From the NCBI GenBank assembly GCA_051294905.1, contig CM119371.1, positions 19,532,001-19,596,000 of the forward strand: a stretch of DNA of 64,000 nucleotides, written 5' to 3'. This document shows positions 36,670 through 49,273 of this stretch, piece by piece. Origin of the DNA: Botryllus schlosseri (Eukaryota). Position 1 is the stretch's first letter; each line of letters opens with the position of its first letter. The translations under genes were made by a program, and so were the position numbers. The notes under the pieces are model-generated. The model was given only the letters and a program-made list of their open reading frames with translations, was not told the origin of the DNA and ran no database searches.

Positions 36670-36792
36670 CTAAAGAGACAGATTGAATAACAAATGTTTA
36701 TATATCACTGTCAGGTGACAGGCACACGCAATGATTAAGTCTTATGAACTTGGAGTCATTGATTGAGTAAACATCAAAAGGTCTTTGGTAGA

Positions 36793-37265
36793 TCAATTCA
36801 TTCGGCAAAAAGCATGGTAACGATCAGTTTCGCGAACACAGTAACAATGCAGATGACGAGAGAAATATATTGATTCGATTAATTTTCCCAATATTTTCCA
36901 TTGCTTGGCAATAAGTAAAATGTATTCGACTTTACAAAATATAGGACCATCATCGTTTTCGTCCACAAGATATATGCCACGAGATTCGTACTTGTTAAAA
37001 CCATCATCAAATATTTTGGATTTACCAATGTTCATTTGGTCATTTTGCAAAATTTCAGCGCCTAATAAGGCGCGATAAAAATTTGGTAGCGTTGAAACCA
37101 TAACTTTCTCAATGTTAATATTTGGTGGACAGTCATACAAGCAGTTTGGAGCCATCATTTCCCAACATTTTCGTTGCATCAAACGACTAGAGACTGTCAA
37201 GCTGATATTTTTGAAATTTCCAGAACTTCGACAAATTTTCTTTACAATTTGATGATAAGATTTTG
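36793..37265 (-). pseudogene. EnSpm transposase C-terminal remnant
   Basis: HQIVKKICRSSGNFKNISLTVSSR and YFSRHLHCYCV match the animal EnSpm K(x)6NFKNIxxTL(x)2R pattern. Confidence 0.7.
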
Positions 37266-40200
37266 TCATTGTACACATTACAACTTTTTCAATTAAACTG
37301 TGGAAGATCAAGCGGCGCTTCTTCGTTTATCGATCAAAACGAGCCAGTGTTCCTCATCAACAAATGTTTCGCATGATCACGTCAAAATAAATTATTTTTT
37401 GCCTTTGGAGAGACGATTCCACTCTGGGGTTAGGGTGTCTCGATAACAGGGTTGAAGGATCCCAAGATCACGAGATCTACCGCGAGCCACGACACGTTTA
37501 AATTTCCTTTTTGATGCTGTTCATTCATATTTAATGCATTTCTAATGCGAACGTGTTCTAGTGCCAATTCCTCCAAGGGCCGAGTTCCCCAAGTGAAGAG
37601 CGTCGCGTTATTTCCCGCGATTACGCAATCTGTGATCTAATCACGCCGTGACTGTGTGATCTACGCATGCCCTGACCCCCGTACAACATAGACAACCACT
37701 CAAAGTGCCAAGTTCACCGGCAAACATTCCAGTAACCAATCATGGTGACCGGTACCGCTGCGAGATCTACCACGGCCGAATTCACCAAGTGTCGAGTTTG
37801 TGCGGCCGAATTCACCAAGTGACGAGTTCACTGGTAATCAGGCAGATACGGAATGATAATAATAAGAACCGGCCTGGTGTAAAATGACCAGCGTAGTCGA
37901 ACCACCACCATAAACACCACAAACAAACATCTAACATGGAAAAGAAATTACCTTTACACCCTTTGACAAACAGAGTTATCATTGAAATCAGCAATTTAAG
38001 TCTTATTCGAAAGCAGAATAACACACTACATTCTTGTACCAACTTTTATAAAATCACGAATCAGTGTTCTACAGGTATGTAGCCTATCTATATGACTTAT
38101 ATACCTAGAAAATTCAAGCATAAATATTACGATATACCGTAGGTATAGATACCGGTAATTTAGATGTTTGAAGCGACTTGGACAACTAGATAGATAATTA
38201 TAGTGGTCTAATTTCACTAAATTGGAGCGAAACGCCAGCAATATAATTGCAATCTAATTCGGAAAAAACGGTTTAGCTCTAATTCTAGCCAGGAAAAGCT
38301 GAAACTTTTCTATATAGTTGTCTACACCTGTTTAAAGAAAGTCAAACAACTCTAGGCGTCATATACTACAGGCAATTCGAAATACCCCCTAAGCTATATG
38401 CTACTGCGTATATACCTTTAACCCGCTACCTCAGTCAGTCACAATTCCTATATATTTACGGCATTTACCATACAGAAAGAGCGAACTATGCCTGGCTGCG
38501 ATCTATTGCGCGTCAAATCTTTGTCCGGCGCGATGGCGTAAAATTTGAATCGCCGAAATATTCTAGAAGTCACGCATCGATAATCATATTCCTAAACGTA
38601 CAACATCTCACTTATTTAGTTATCCTCTGAATAAAACTATTAGCCATACTCGTTGAACATGCGAGATTACCGAAAGAGTGAATATATATATAATGAAGAT
38701 CATATATATCAGAAGAAAACAAAACTGTTCGACCTTAGAGCAACAACACGAATATACAACACCGGTGACATCCTCACGCAATAAAACGAAGGGAGAACAT
38801 TGTTTTCTAATGGATAGATCGATGGATATGTTTTCCAATGGATATATCTTCCACCTCCCAAAACCCTCCTATAAAGTAATGTATCGTATATATCACTTTA
38901 TAGGAGGGTTTTGGGAGGTGGAATATGTATTTCTGGAGGTAAAAAAAATGTATTATACCTTCTTGACAGGTGTATGGCATACTCTACCTCTCGTAAAAGG
39001 AAGGAATATACTTTCCTCCTCCATTTTAGCCAAAAACCCACCTTTATTTTTTACAGTGTAGAGGAGGACGTATGGTAACAAAAGTTCCATCTAAGCTGCA
39101 CGCGCGCGCGCACCACTATCACAGTCTGCGCTCACAAAAAATCTGTGCAACGCAGAAACAAAATCCACATGTGGTTCGAAAAAGAAATGCTATGCCTTTC
39201 TCAAAAGGCTTTGATACTCATCCGACCACACTGACAACCCTTTTAGATGTACAAATATACATCACTAATTTGTAATAGATAATTCTTAATGAGACGAAGC
39301 GACGCCATCTCGGTAGATAGGTCGAGTACCCGAGTGCCCCGAGAAACACCATCTCCTCTCTCCAACGGACGAGTGAGTCCACGTTTTCCTTCTCTAAATT
39401 ATATTGCGTTTGAGCCCATGAGCGTCGCATTCCCGTACATCAAAATAATTCGTGAGTGATTTTCGTGTTAGTCTGGCGATTTGGATTTTGAAGGGAGCGG
39501 AAACACTCAGGGGTCGATATGGGGCGCTGGGACACCATGGGGGTAAAGTAGAAAAATGGCGTAGCAGTATATATGGTGTAGTAATAGTTATCATTGGGAT
39601 ACAAAGTCTATATAGTAGAACTATATCTCTATATATCATAAAATCTCGTTGGAAAATGCATATACCTTTGACAAAACTAATCAAAAATCCCGATTTCTCG
39701 TTGCGCATCGCGCGAAATATTCCGACGATGTATCAAATTTTCATAAATGCACTTGGTTACTATAATTCATGTCAAATGTAGGGTAGGTTTTATGCTCCAT
39801 GCGCGTACTTCTACATTGGAAAGTTTCCGTTAACACGGTTCTATCCAGACAAAATGTTTGGAACCGCTGCACACTGCTCATCCAAATCTGGAAACGCGGT
39901 TCTATACCAGTGATAGAATGGCGGTGGTTATGGTTTCGGACAGACCATTCCGGAGAATATGCGAAGTTTTCGCGCGATGCTCTAAAACAGATGATAGATT
40001 GCCAAAATGTCGTATCATTCAAATATGATGTAGCCTACATTGATATCTCCAGTAAATGTCGATGAATTCCCGTGACACGGAACAGACGTAACGTTTGATT
40101 CCTTCCCACTGTCACTATATGTACATAATTTGACGATATAAACTGGGGGATGTATCTATTCTATTCTATAGGATAAAGTAAGGGGTAATCAAGAATATCT

Positions 40201-40756
40201 GTTGATTCAATCGTGATTTCTTCCAAGTGTTACTATGTATAGGTTTTTACGATATTGGTTCATTGATCTAGCTAATGGGATAACATATAGGTAAATCTAA
40301 ATTCCCCTATATATACTTCGATCATGATTCCTTCCTGGCGTTACTATGTATAGATGTTGACGGTGTTAGCCCAGCTGTTGTGTAGTCCTATGCAGACTGT
40401 TTAAATTGAATTGATTGTCACTCTTGATATTCAAATTATGTAATTGCGCGGGATGTCAACGCATGAATCATTCCCCAATCGCCGTCAATTGAATATCTCA
40501 AAGAGTACATATTTGAATATTGCGCAGGTGCCTGTCCGATATTTAAACATATTGAATGTATGTGGAGTGATAGCTTCCAATTAGCTACAGCCGAGATTCA
40601 TGCACTGAGACGTGTCATGTTGGGTTTCAATATTTTTGTATCTGGAAGCAACGACACTTTTTAAAAATAACAAAAGTTAGTTTACGTTACTTTTGTGGTG
40701 CTGACAATAAAAAAGATCATCACTCTGCAGCGACTCCCTAATGACCCACTCGACAG

Positions 40757-43233
40757 CAGACATGGGGTGATTACTTTATGATTGTAATCGATTGCGATTA
40801 CGATTACTTATGAATGACGCGATTACGATTACGATTACGATTACAGCAATATCAGGAAGTAGTCGATTACGATTACGATTACATTGGAAAAGTAATCACG
40901 ATTACTCACGATTACATTTATTTTGCATCTTAGAAGCTATATTTGAAGACAATATATGGATTGCACTGAAGAGGCCTAATGAGATAACAAACTCCCTTTA
41001 AAAGAGATCCGGCATTTGCTTGTTGCGTCATAATGTACCCATTGCCCATTTTTAAAGGGGTCAATTTATCGCGCCCAATGATTTGCATTCTTGCCAGGGC
41101 CACAAATTTCCCAATATGGTGGCCCAATACTCAAAAAGTATTTCGTAAACTAACATAAGTTATAGAGTATTTTTGAGAGATCTAATTAACTTGAAAATCC
41201 TCTCTAGATCAGTGATTCCCAACCGCGGCTCTGAGAACCCCATGCGGCTCCGAGCTAGCCTACTTGCGGATCCCATTGACGGTGGAAAATTCAACAAAAA
41301 TATCATAAAATCAATTTAGAACAAAAAAAAATTGATTTTCCAAAATTACACTTGCTTGGCTTGGAATCTGGAGTTTATAATTAAGGGTCGAGAGCAATTC
41401 CTTTGCTGTCGAGTAGCGATTCTCTACTCAGCAACGATTTCGTTACTCAACTCACGTCAAAAAGTATGCTCACACTAAAATGCGTTTGGATCGTCACTCA
41501 AATTTAAGTCTGCTCATCATCAGACTTGATTAAGTGCAGGTGGTGTTGCAACACGTTTTACAAAGCTATCTATCAAACCGATGGATTATTTGACTTGAGT
41601 GTTAAGTTCAACGGCCGCATTGACGGAATGAATGCTTTTTTCCCCATGATGAAAATATTTTCAAGTCCTATTGTAGTTAATGTGGCCACTGACTCTGTTA
41701 ATTTACAGCTTGAGTTGCTAGACATGCAGTCAGATATAAAGACATGACCATTTGTTTGTGCGTCTCACGAAAGTTTTTCTTCTAGTCTGCTACGCTTGAG
41801 CCACTACAATATCGTTTGATTATATAACAAACCGGAGGTCACGAATTAACAACATACACTAAAGTAATTATAACAAGATACCGGAGGTTAGAATTATGAA
41901 TTACGTGCCCCAGCTTTACAGGTAGGTAATTCTGTGGCGAGATAGCGCAGTAGTATAATCCACGGCTGCAACGCCATTGGGTTGCGGGTTCGAGTCCGAC
42001 CGAGGTCGACTTCAGAAATCCTTTCCAAGTGTTGGAGGTTTATCTAGGCTCCTCCTCGCCGCCTCTTCCGCGTAAGCGGTGTCTTACACTAAGCCCAGAA
42101 GTGGGCCGTGCTACAAGTCGGCAGATACGGAATCAAAAATGAAGAAAATCGGCCTGGTGTAACTGACCGTTGTAGTCGACAAACACCAAGATTACCTCAA
42201 ACAAACAAACTCTACTGGTGAATCTGACCATCGGGGGCTGAGAGATGATTAAAAATCAATAGTAATATAATGCAATTATTGACGAAATTAAGTCTTCAAC
42301 TTTCGATTACCACCCTATGGTGGACGAACTGCTGTTTTGGTCTTAATTCCAGCTACAGCCCATGTTAACATGATATATAGGCCCATGGCCATGGCCACGC
42401 CAATGTTGAGTAAAGATTGGCACCCGTTTCAAGTAGAGTCATATGAGAATAAGATGTAGCGAACATAAAATTCTGCCTTCAACTTAATACAGATATTGTA
42501 CTGCAAGCTGCCGTTACGAGAAACGGCAAAAACGGCTCGGTTTTAATATATATATATCACCAGCTGTTGATTTTTACTGCTTCGTTGTGGAAATCGCAAT
42601 GTTTTATTTGACGAGTACAAAATTTCAAATCTTGATGTACGTACGTAGCCTACTTAATAGGCCTACTGTTCGCCAAGCAGCTACGGTTAAATTGCGTTTA
42701 ACTGAGCATAAGCATAACCAAACATCAACCATAAGTTACTATTTTAAAGTAGGCAGAGCGGAGATAAATTATCCTGCTGCGAGGTAGTGGCGTGTGGAAC
42801 GTGTTGATAACCTGATAGATAGCACGACGGGTGTTCTTACAATGACACTAATGTGCGACGTATGTACATGTACGATTGTACATCGAATATCTATTTACTG
42901 TGGATACTTCTTACGCAATGACGCGCAAAGCTAATAGGCTGCTTCTGACGTAATAATGAGCTGTGGCGTTTGAAAATCAGACGTGTGTGCTGTCACGAGC
43001 CTGGTATAACATCTTTTCCTTGTTCACGAATGTTCAGTTTATGTCACAGTCCTTCCAAAATAAAAAGTAATCGTTCTTTCACAGAGAAATCGATTAAATA
43101 TGAGAAGTAGTCGATTACGATTACGATTACTTCGGGATTTTTTTGAATGTAATCGATTGCGATTACGATTATTTGAAAATGCTGTAATCGTCGTAATCGA
43201 TTACGATTACTAATCGCGATTACCCCATGTCTG
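40757..43233. mobile_element. Non-autonomous hAT element with (GATTAC)n subterminal arrays; carries a nested hAT fragment and a SINE
   Basis: TIR CAGACATGGGGT; perfect 8-bp TSD CTCGACAG; nested fragment LQLELLDMQSD (~41700). Confidence 0.88.
41934..42210 (+). mobile_element. tRNA-derived SINE
   Basis: A-box-like TAGCGCAGTAG, B-box GGTTCGAGTCC, (ACAA)n tail; 3' end also seen at ~37840-37930. Confidence 0.75.
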
Positions 43234-43401
43234 CTCGACAGCCGGCGTTACCGATTTCTAGCCGATTTTCAGTTGATTCTGTCCATTGGCCAAGATTTAA
43301 AAGCTGTAAAGGAGGGCAAATTGTCAATGGTGAGGACATTGAGGCGTCCTCAGAGGACATTTCAATTTCTTGAAAAAGGAGGAAAAATCCACCTAATTAA
43401 G

Positions 43402-43660
43402 TAGTATAGTAATATTGAAATGAACCCGAATATTTTCGGCTGACACTCGTCAGGGGTAATCGCCAGCAATAGGTAGAGAACTGGAAAGAACATTGCTCAT
43501 CAACAATAGTATCACGTCATATTTCGTGACGTGACGTCGTATTTCGTGATACGATTGTTGATATTCAATGTTCTTTCCAATTCTCTACTAGTTGCTGAAG
43601 ATTACCCCTGACGAGTGTCAGCAGAAAATACTCAGGTTCATTTCAATATGTATACACTAT
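43402..43660. repeat. ~260-bp near-perfect palindrome (foldback MITE)
   Basis: ATATTGAAATGAACC...CTGACACTCGTCAGGGGTAATC is mirrored by GATTACCCCTGACGAGTGTCAG...GGTTCATTTCAATAT. Confidence 0.85.
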
Positions 43661-45849
43661 TCAATTGTATATTCAAAATATGTACCTCCAAGAATCCATC
43701 TCACGTCATATTGCTAATCACAACCCTACATTTCAGTGATGTTTTAGCCAATATTAATGTACGGTGTAGCACAGGATACCTAACGACGACTCAGGCCACG
43801 TAATGCCACAATGCCGAAGTACATATTTACGCCAAATGTATCAACTGGGGCAATAAAATTATATAATGGTCCCATAACATCAATATATTCCGTCGCTTTA
43901 CCGACAATTTCGACGAGGAAACTTGCAAGAGAAAATAACTTACGCCTTAACGGTCTAGGTCAGACCAAGCAATGTATTCGGCGTGTGAGTATTGCTACGT
44001 TGATATTGAACAGTGTATAAAACGGGTTTCTGTACTTGCTACTGATTTACTTCAACAAGTTATGAAGCACTAGACAACACCCCAATCGCACGGATTTGGT
44101 TTTTACGATACAATAAACATATGAAATCAAGATTGACCCCGTGCGCCTGCTAGATTTTTTACATCAGACAATGATATTGATTGATTGGTTGAATAAGCAT
44201 AATTTGTTTACCATACCTACATATAGTGTATTTTGCTCTGGAAGTTGTGTGATTGCAGGTCAAGCTCACAGCAGTGGGTCATTAAATATTCACAAACGGA
44301 AAGCTGGATATTTCGAGCAAACTTTTGTAACAAAGCAGGTAATATTTTGAGATTGTCAAGATGCATGCTCGTTTAGTGTTAATTTTTATGCTGCCAGCGC
44401 CATGCATAGAGTGGCCCGCAGTTGGAATGCAATAAATTTCAACCAAAGATGTTATAATGAAGTAAAAATTGTAACATATGAAAAAGGTTCACAGTGCAGA
44501 ACCTACCAATGTTCGTTTGTGAACGTGAACCTATAAATAGCCTGGTGCACCTGATAGTTCGATATATAGTTGATGCCAGCGTGTAGTCCTGCATGCGGAC
44601 TCGCTAAATCAGATAAGAGACGATAGCGCAGATCAGACGTCAATGACCCATTTCGCATACAAATGATCCTCGGTAATTTGCAGTACGCAGCATCGATAAT
44701 ACGAATTAGTGAATAGGCATTTCAAAAGGACGGAAATTGTAGTTTTAAATGACAAACTCACTGGCTACGCACCTAGGGTTTTAATACCGACAACGCGCTG
44801 GTTACTTTCAGCCCGAGGAATACGGCCTACGTTGGACCCGATAAGCCAGTCGAATTTAATGACCCAGGTTTCATTGCAGCAAGAGCAATATGGGCGCATG
44901 CCGCAAACTTATCAATAGAAATACAAATCCCGATGGTTTGAAATTCGATCCGCGATATGGTCGCGCCCAATAGAGTTCGCCCAGCAAAGAAGTTTATTGG
45001 TTCCCGCTCAAAATAGTCGAATAAATTCAAAATATGTGCCACGAGAATCTCTCGTTGCATCGATACTTGACAACGTAATTCAACGCCGTGCACTGCACAA
45101 TGCCCAGTATTATTAACGAATCAAACGCTGACAAGTGACATCGAGGGAATGCGAGTGTATATAGCAGCCAAGAATTAGTAGCCTACAGATGATAGCAAAC
45201 GAGAAAGCGCTCATCTAATCAGTAATTCTTCAACTTGCGTAGAGCACAATGGGATCCGTGTGTCACATCGCGACAATTGATGGCTCATTATAACGACGTT
45301 TGAGCTGCAGTGCTGCATTTCCCGATAAAAGTTAGCAAAGCCTTGTTGGAGTAATGAATAAGCGCACTTTGCGCAGGAATGACTTTCAATTCGCAGGCAT
45401 ACACAAACACACTGTCGTGTTTCGTGCTCCAATTAAAAAGACTCACGAAACTAACTCAAGAATTATTTTGTAAACGAACATGCGCGCAAATAGATTTTAA
45501 TTGAGGGAAGTAGAACATGAATTAGGTCGTAAACGAGGTCGCTTCGATGGCATGATTACAAATCACGGATTACAATTTATTGGGGCGTTTCAAGCATAGT
45601 TCGTCGTCGCCGACGAAGCTGTGTATGGTGGTCATTTACGTGATATCACGGACTAGCCAATTGACAGCTCAGACGGCGGGTGTTGAAGCATTCTGTATGG
45701 GGTGGCCGCCACCCCATAATTGTGTCATTGTGTCACCCCGTACCTCGGCGCCTATGCCTCAGAGTGTCGGAAGCAATTTGTACGTTAGTTACTTTAGCAT
45801 ATAGGCCTACCGGGGAAATCAGTCAGTAAGACCACATATTTCGCTAACC

Positions 45850-46760
45850 CACTAATATAATTGGTATTTGTCGATTCGGAAAGATGGAATATTCATTTAT
45901 CCCTTACCAAGTAAATTCATCCGTGGACTCACAGTCCAATGACAATGATAAGAGAGTGAATCTGCGTATTTCAGCTCTAGTGCGCTTCATCGAAACATGC
46001 TAGTTCACCGCTTGTTGCACATTGGGCCGGGTGCATTATTGCACGTGCGATGTTGTATTTTATAACTGTAGGCAAATTAAAGTACTAAACGGTACAGTTA
46101 AAGAGGCAATTCCAATAATTATGCCATTGTCGGCATCTCGCAAATTCTTGGTTTCACCATACTCGGCAGATTGTTTGATTGGTGGTTTATGTTTAAAAGC
46201 GTTATAATACACGGTAAAGATATCTTCTAGAGATTACTTGGATGCCTTTCAATTTGCAATGTTTGTCTATTAGAAATGATTGTTCAAGAGGCCAGATTTG
46301 ATTTAAATATGAAATTATATCTTTCGACAGAATACAAGCCTAATATTGTTCTTAGCAAATCTCAGGCATTATGTGGATGTGGTATTAACTATGGATATTT
46401 TATTTTGCTAATATCAGTTCGATCGGGGCCCATTCATCCACTAGCTATATGGTCAATACAGGCAATGTTCTTTGTTTTACAAGTAATCAAAGTATAATAA
46501 GCGATGGCAACTGCTTAATGAAAATATATTGCTCGCTTGGATCCGCCCGGAAAATAACCTATAGTGTAATCCATTAGAGATTGTAATCAAGTGTAGAAGT
46601 AAGTGACACTGGAAAATACAGATGAAAGGTAAATGCATTTGAATTCAAATAAAAATAGAAGTGTGTGAATGTCAATTGTAGAATCTCAAACGTAATCGAA
46701 TAGCTTTAAAAGGATGATTAGCCTAGTCCGTTTATTACGTAATCCAAAACGTTGAACGTT
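45850..46760 (+). pseudogene. Decayed FUT8/GT23-like relic (homologous to ~26200-27190)
   Basis: SVIIH, MKLYLSTEYKPNIVL, LLNENILLA, CNQV in colinear order; 46510-46760 is similar in DNA to 26945-27190. Confidence 0.4.
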
Positions 46761-46774
46761 TTGAGAATATTAAG

Positions 46775-47911
46775 CATTGGTCGGGAACCTTTTTTGTACG
46801 AAGAGCCATATTGGCCCTATTTTTCCATCTCAACTCCCAAAGACCCATACATGCCATTCAACTCTTACGCCACTATTGGAAATTCATGACGTCATGGTAG
46901 CACTAATTCGAACTCACTCCATGGGATTCTTCGTGTGCGCCACATTTTCTCTGTAAAAACTGGTACTTATTGTTCGAAAATAAAGCTCGAAACGAGAGGT
47001 AAGACGTAGACGGGCCAAGCCTCACCAATGATAACGCAATTCATTGCATAAGTAGTTTAGAATATATTATAACTGATATTAATTAAATGTGACTGTCACA
47101 CTGATTCCGAAAATCTAAATAATTATCGACTTCTCCGTTCTCAAAGTATTCGGCGATAACGTAATGTTACGCTACATACATACATTTTATACCTCACAGA
47201 ACGTGGAGAAAATGGAGCGTGGATAGCTATGGCGTTGTTTGTAATTAGAGTCTGTAATTGTAAATGTCACATCCACAACAGTTCATTTCGCACCGTAGAT
47301 CAAAAAGACAATGGGTATTTAAAAGCTGCGTTTTGAAATGGGCGTCGCCATATCTGCTGTGCTCTTCGATTCAAGGTATCGCACAATTCATTATTTCGAT
47401 TCGGATACATCGCCAGGAGGTTTGAGCTACCAGTAATTTTTATAGCGTGGGTTGGAATCCCATCGCTGCCACTACGCCAGAATACAGAGCCTGTACTCCC
47501 TGTTGCACCACGAAACTATGTCACCACACGATAAACGTTTAGTACAGAAGAGACATCCTAACAGCACGAGTATATAGTTGTTATGTAAGACAACTAAATA
47601 AACGGCGCAATCAGAGAACTAATCATTAGCCTGTCAATTAACAGGTGCCTAGGCTCGGCTCCAGTATAACACAAACAATACTGGCGCATGGAATTCGCGA
47701 GTGATTTTGATGATTTTGAAGAGAGGGGGTCCGAGCCCCTAAACCTAAACATGTCTTTATCTCTCAAAGACATGTTTAAACTGCCACGAGAATAATTATT
47801 TTGGCGGTGATGAAAATTTACCAATAAGCTGCTGCAATATTGATCAATTCAGTACAAAAATAAATATTTGGCAATGAGCCATATCTTATACCGATAGGTT
47901 CCCAACCACTG
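46775..47911. mobile_element. hAT-type non-autonomous element
   Basis: CA(T/G)TGGT(C/T)GGGAACC TIRs; degenerate 8-bp TSD atattaag/gtataaag. Confidence 0.6.
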
Positions 47912-48499
47912 GTATAAAGGCTAGCTGCAGCAGTCGCCATAAAGAACGTTTATTGCTCATTCGCTATAAGTTACGTTGCGCATTTTTGTGCATCAAAACA
48001 ATGTAGACCGATGTTCGAGACAATTTTTAATTGACAAAATTTGGTGTGTAAAACGAAGGATTTCGCTCTGGAAACATTTGCGGCACATCACAAAGGTATC
48101 CCGAAGCCTACCTTCCGAAAATGCAGATCAATCGTAATGAGAATTGCTAAGGAATGAGTGGAAGTCAGAAGTGTCAGCTGAGATTCACAATACCAAGGCC
48201 TCAATACGAGATAATAGAATCGTCTATCTATTCCAGTGGTTCCCAACCGTTTTCCACCCGCGTACCATTTCGAGGTTTCATGCAGTGCTCGTGTACCCCC
48301 TACATAAGTTACGCGCGCCGAAGGCGGTCAAAAATGTTTCCACCGCGTTGAGCTACCGAAGCCAGCGAAACAGAAAATAAACTGCCCATTTAAAGGTGCA
48401 AGTGGATCCATTTGGAATTCTTGTGTTCAAATATATTAAAACGAAATTTGTTTAGGTAATAATCCCAATGCTTTACGACTAGATCTCTTCCCCGTAGGT

Positions 48500-48929
48500 C
48501 AGGGGTGGCCACTCATTTTGCCATTCACGGCCAAAAATTTCAACTACTCATGCAGCCAACGGCCGCATTCCATGGCATAGTCGTAATTAGCTATAGGTGG
48601 GCGACAAATGCCCACATTAGAGTGTCTGTCTATATCCATTTCTGGTGAACTCCGGACTTATCTATTTAATCATATAGGCTTGCTATACGCACCGAAATCG
48701 CGAGTGGTCACTGGTGATGTTATGGGACTGCTAGCATTGCCGCGCGGATTGTCAAACTTTTTTTTAAAGATTTACCAATGAATTACGTGATTAATATTAG
48801 TAGTTCAAGAAATCGGGAGTCAATTCGTAAATTCAAATTTCATGTCGACGGCCGCCAACACATATTGATTTAATTACGTGTCCACGGCCGCACAAATTCC
48901 CTTCTACGGCCGCACGTTGGCCAACCCTG
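48500..48929. mobile_element. hAT MITE nested in a partial copy of the 620-1065 MITE family
   Basis: CAGGG(G/T)TGGCCA TIRs; TSD ccgtaggt/ccgcaggc. Confidence 0.7.
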
Positions 48930-49273
48930 CCGCAGGCCGTCCCTGGTGCGATTGTCCTTACCAACGACGACGACGGCCAGGAATCATGCGGTAAATGCGC
49001 TATCAGGCGTATTACTCAACCAGTTCGCTATAATGTATGTCGGAGAATTTGCTATTTCGTCAAATACAATAATGTAAGAAGACTTATCACAATCATACCC
49101 TTTGGTGCACACATAGTAGTCGAGAGCTAAGACGCTACACCAACCAATCAACTGCTTTTCTCAGATTCATGCAATGATGTATTTATGCAATGTATTTATT
49201 CGCACACATTTCTTCAATTCATCACCATGCACGAAAAGGTCATGTATTCGTTATGACGACAGTAACGCTTCGC

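Larger units (their letters stand above)
34252..39058 (-). mobile_element. EnSpm/CACTA-like (CMC) DNA transposon, internally deleted
   Basis: TIR CACTGTAAAAA...TTTTTACAGTG; 2-bp TA TSD; subterminal repeats at 34316-34400; transposase and ORF2 remnants inside. Confidence 0.85.

Noticed and set aside
47440..47475. tRNA-like GTGGGTTGGAATCCCATCGCTGCCA
   Set aside because: Only a T-arm-like piece inside a MITE; no cloverleaf
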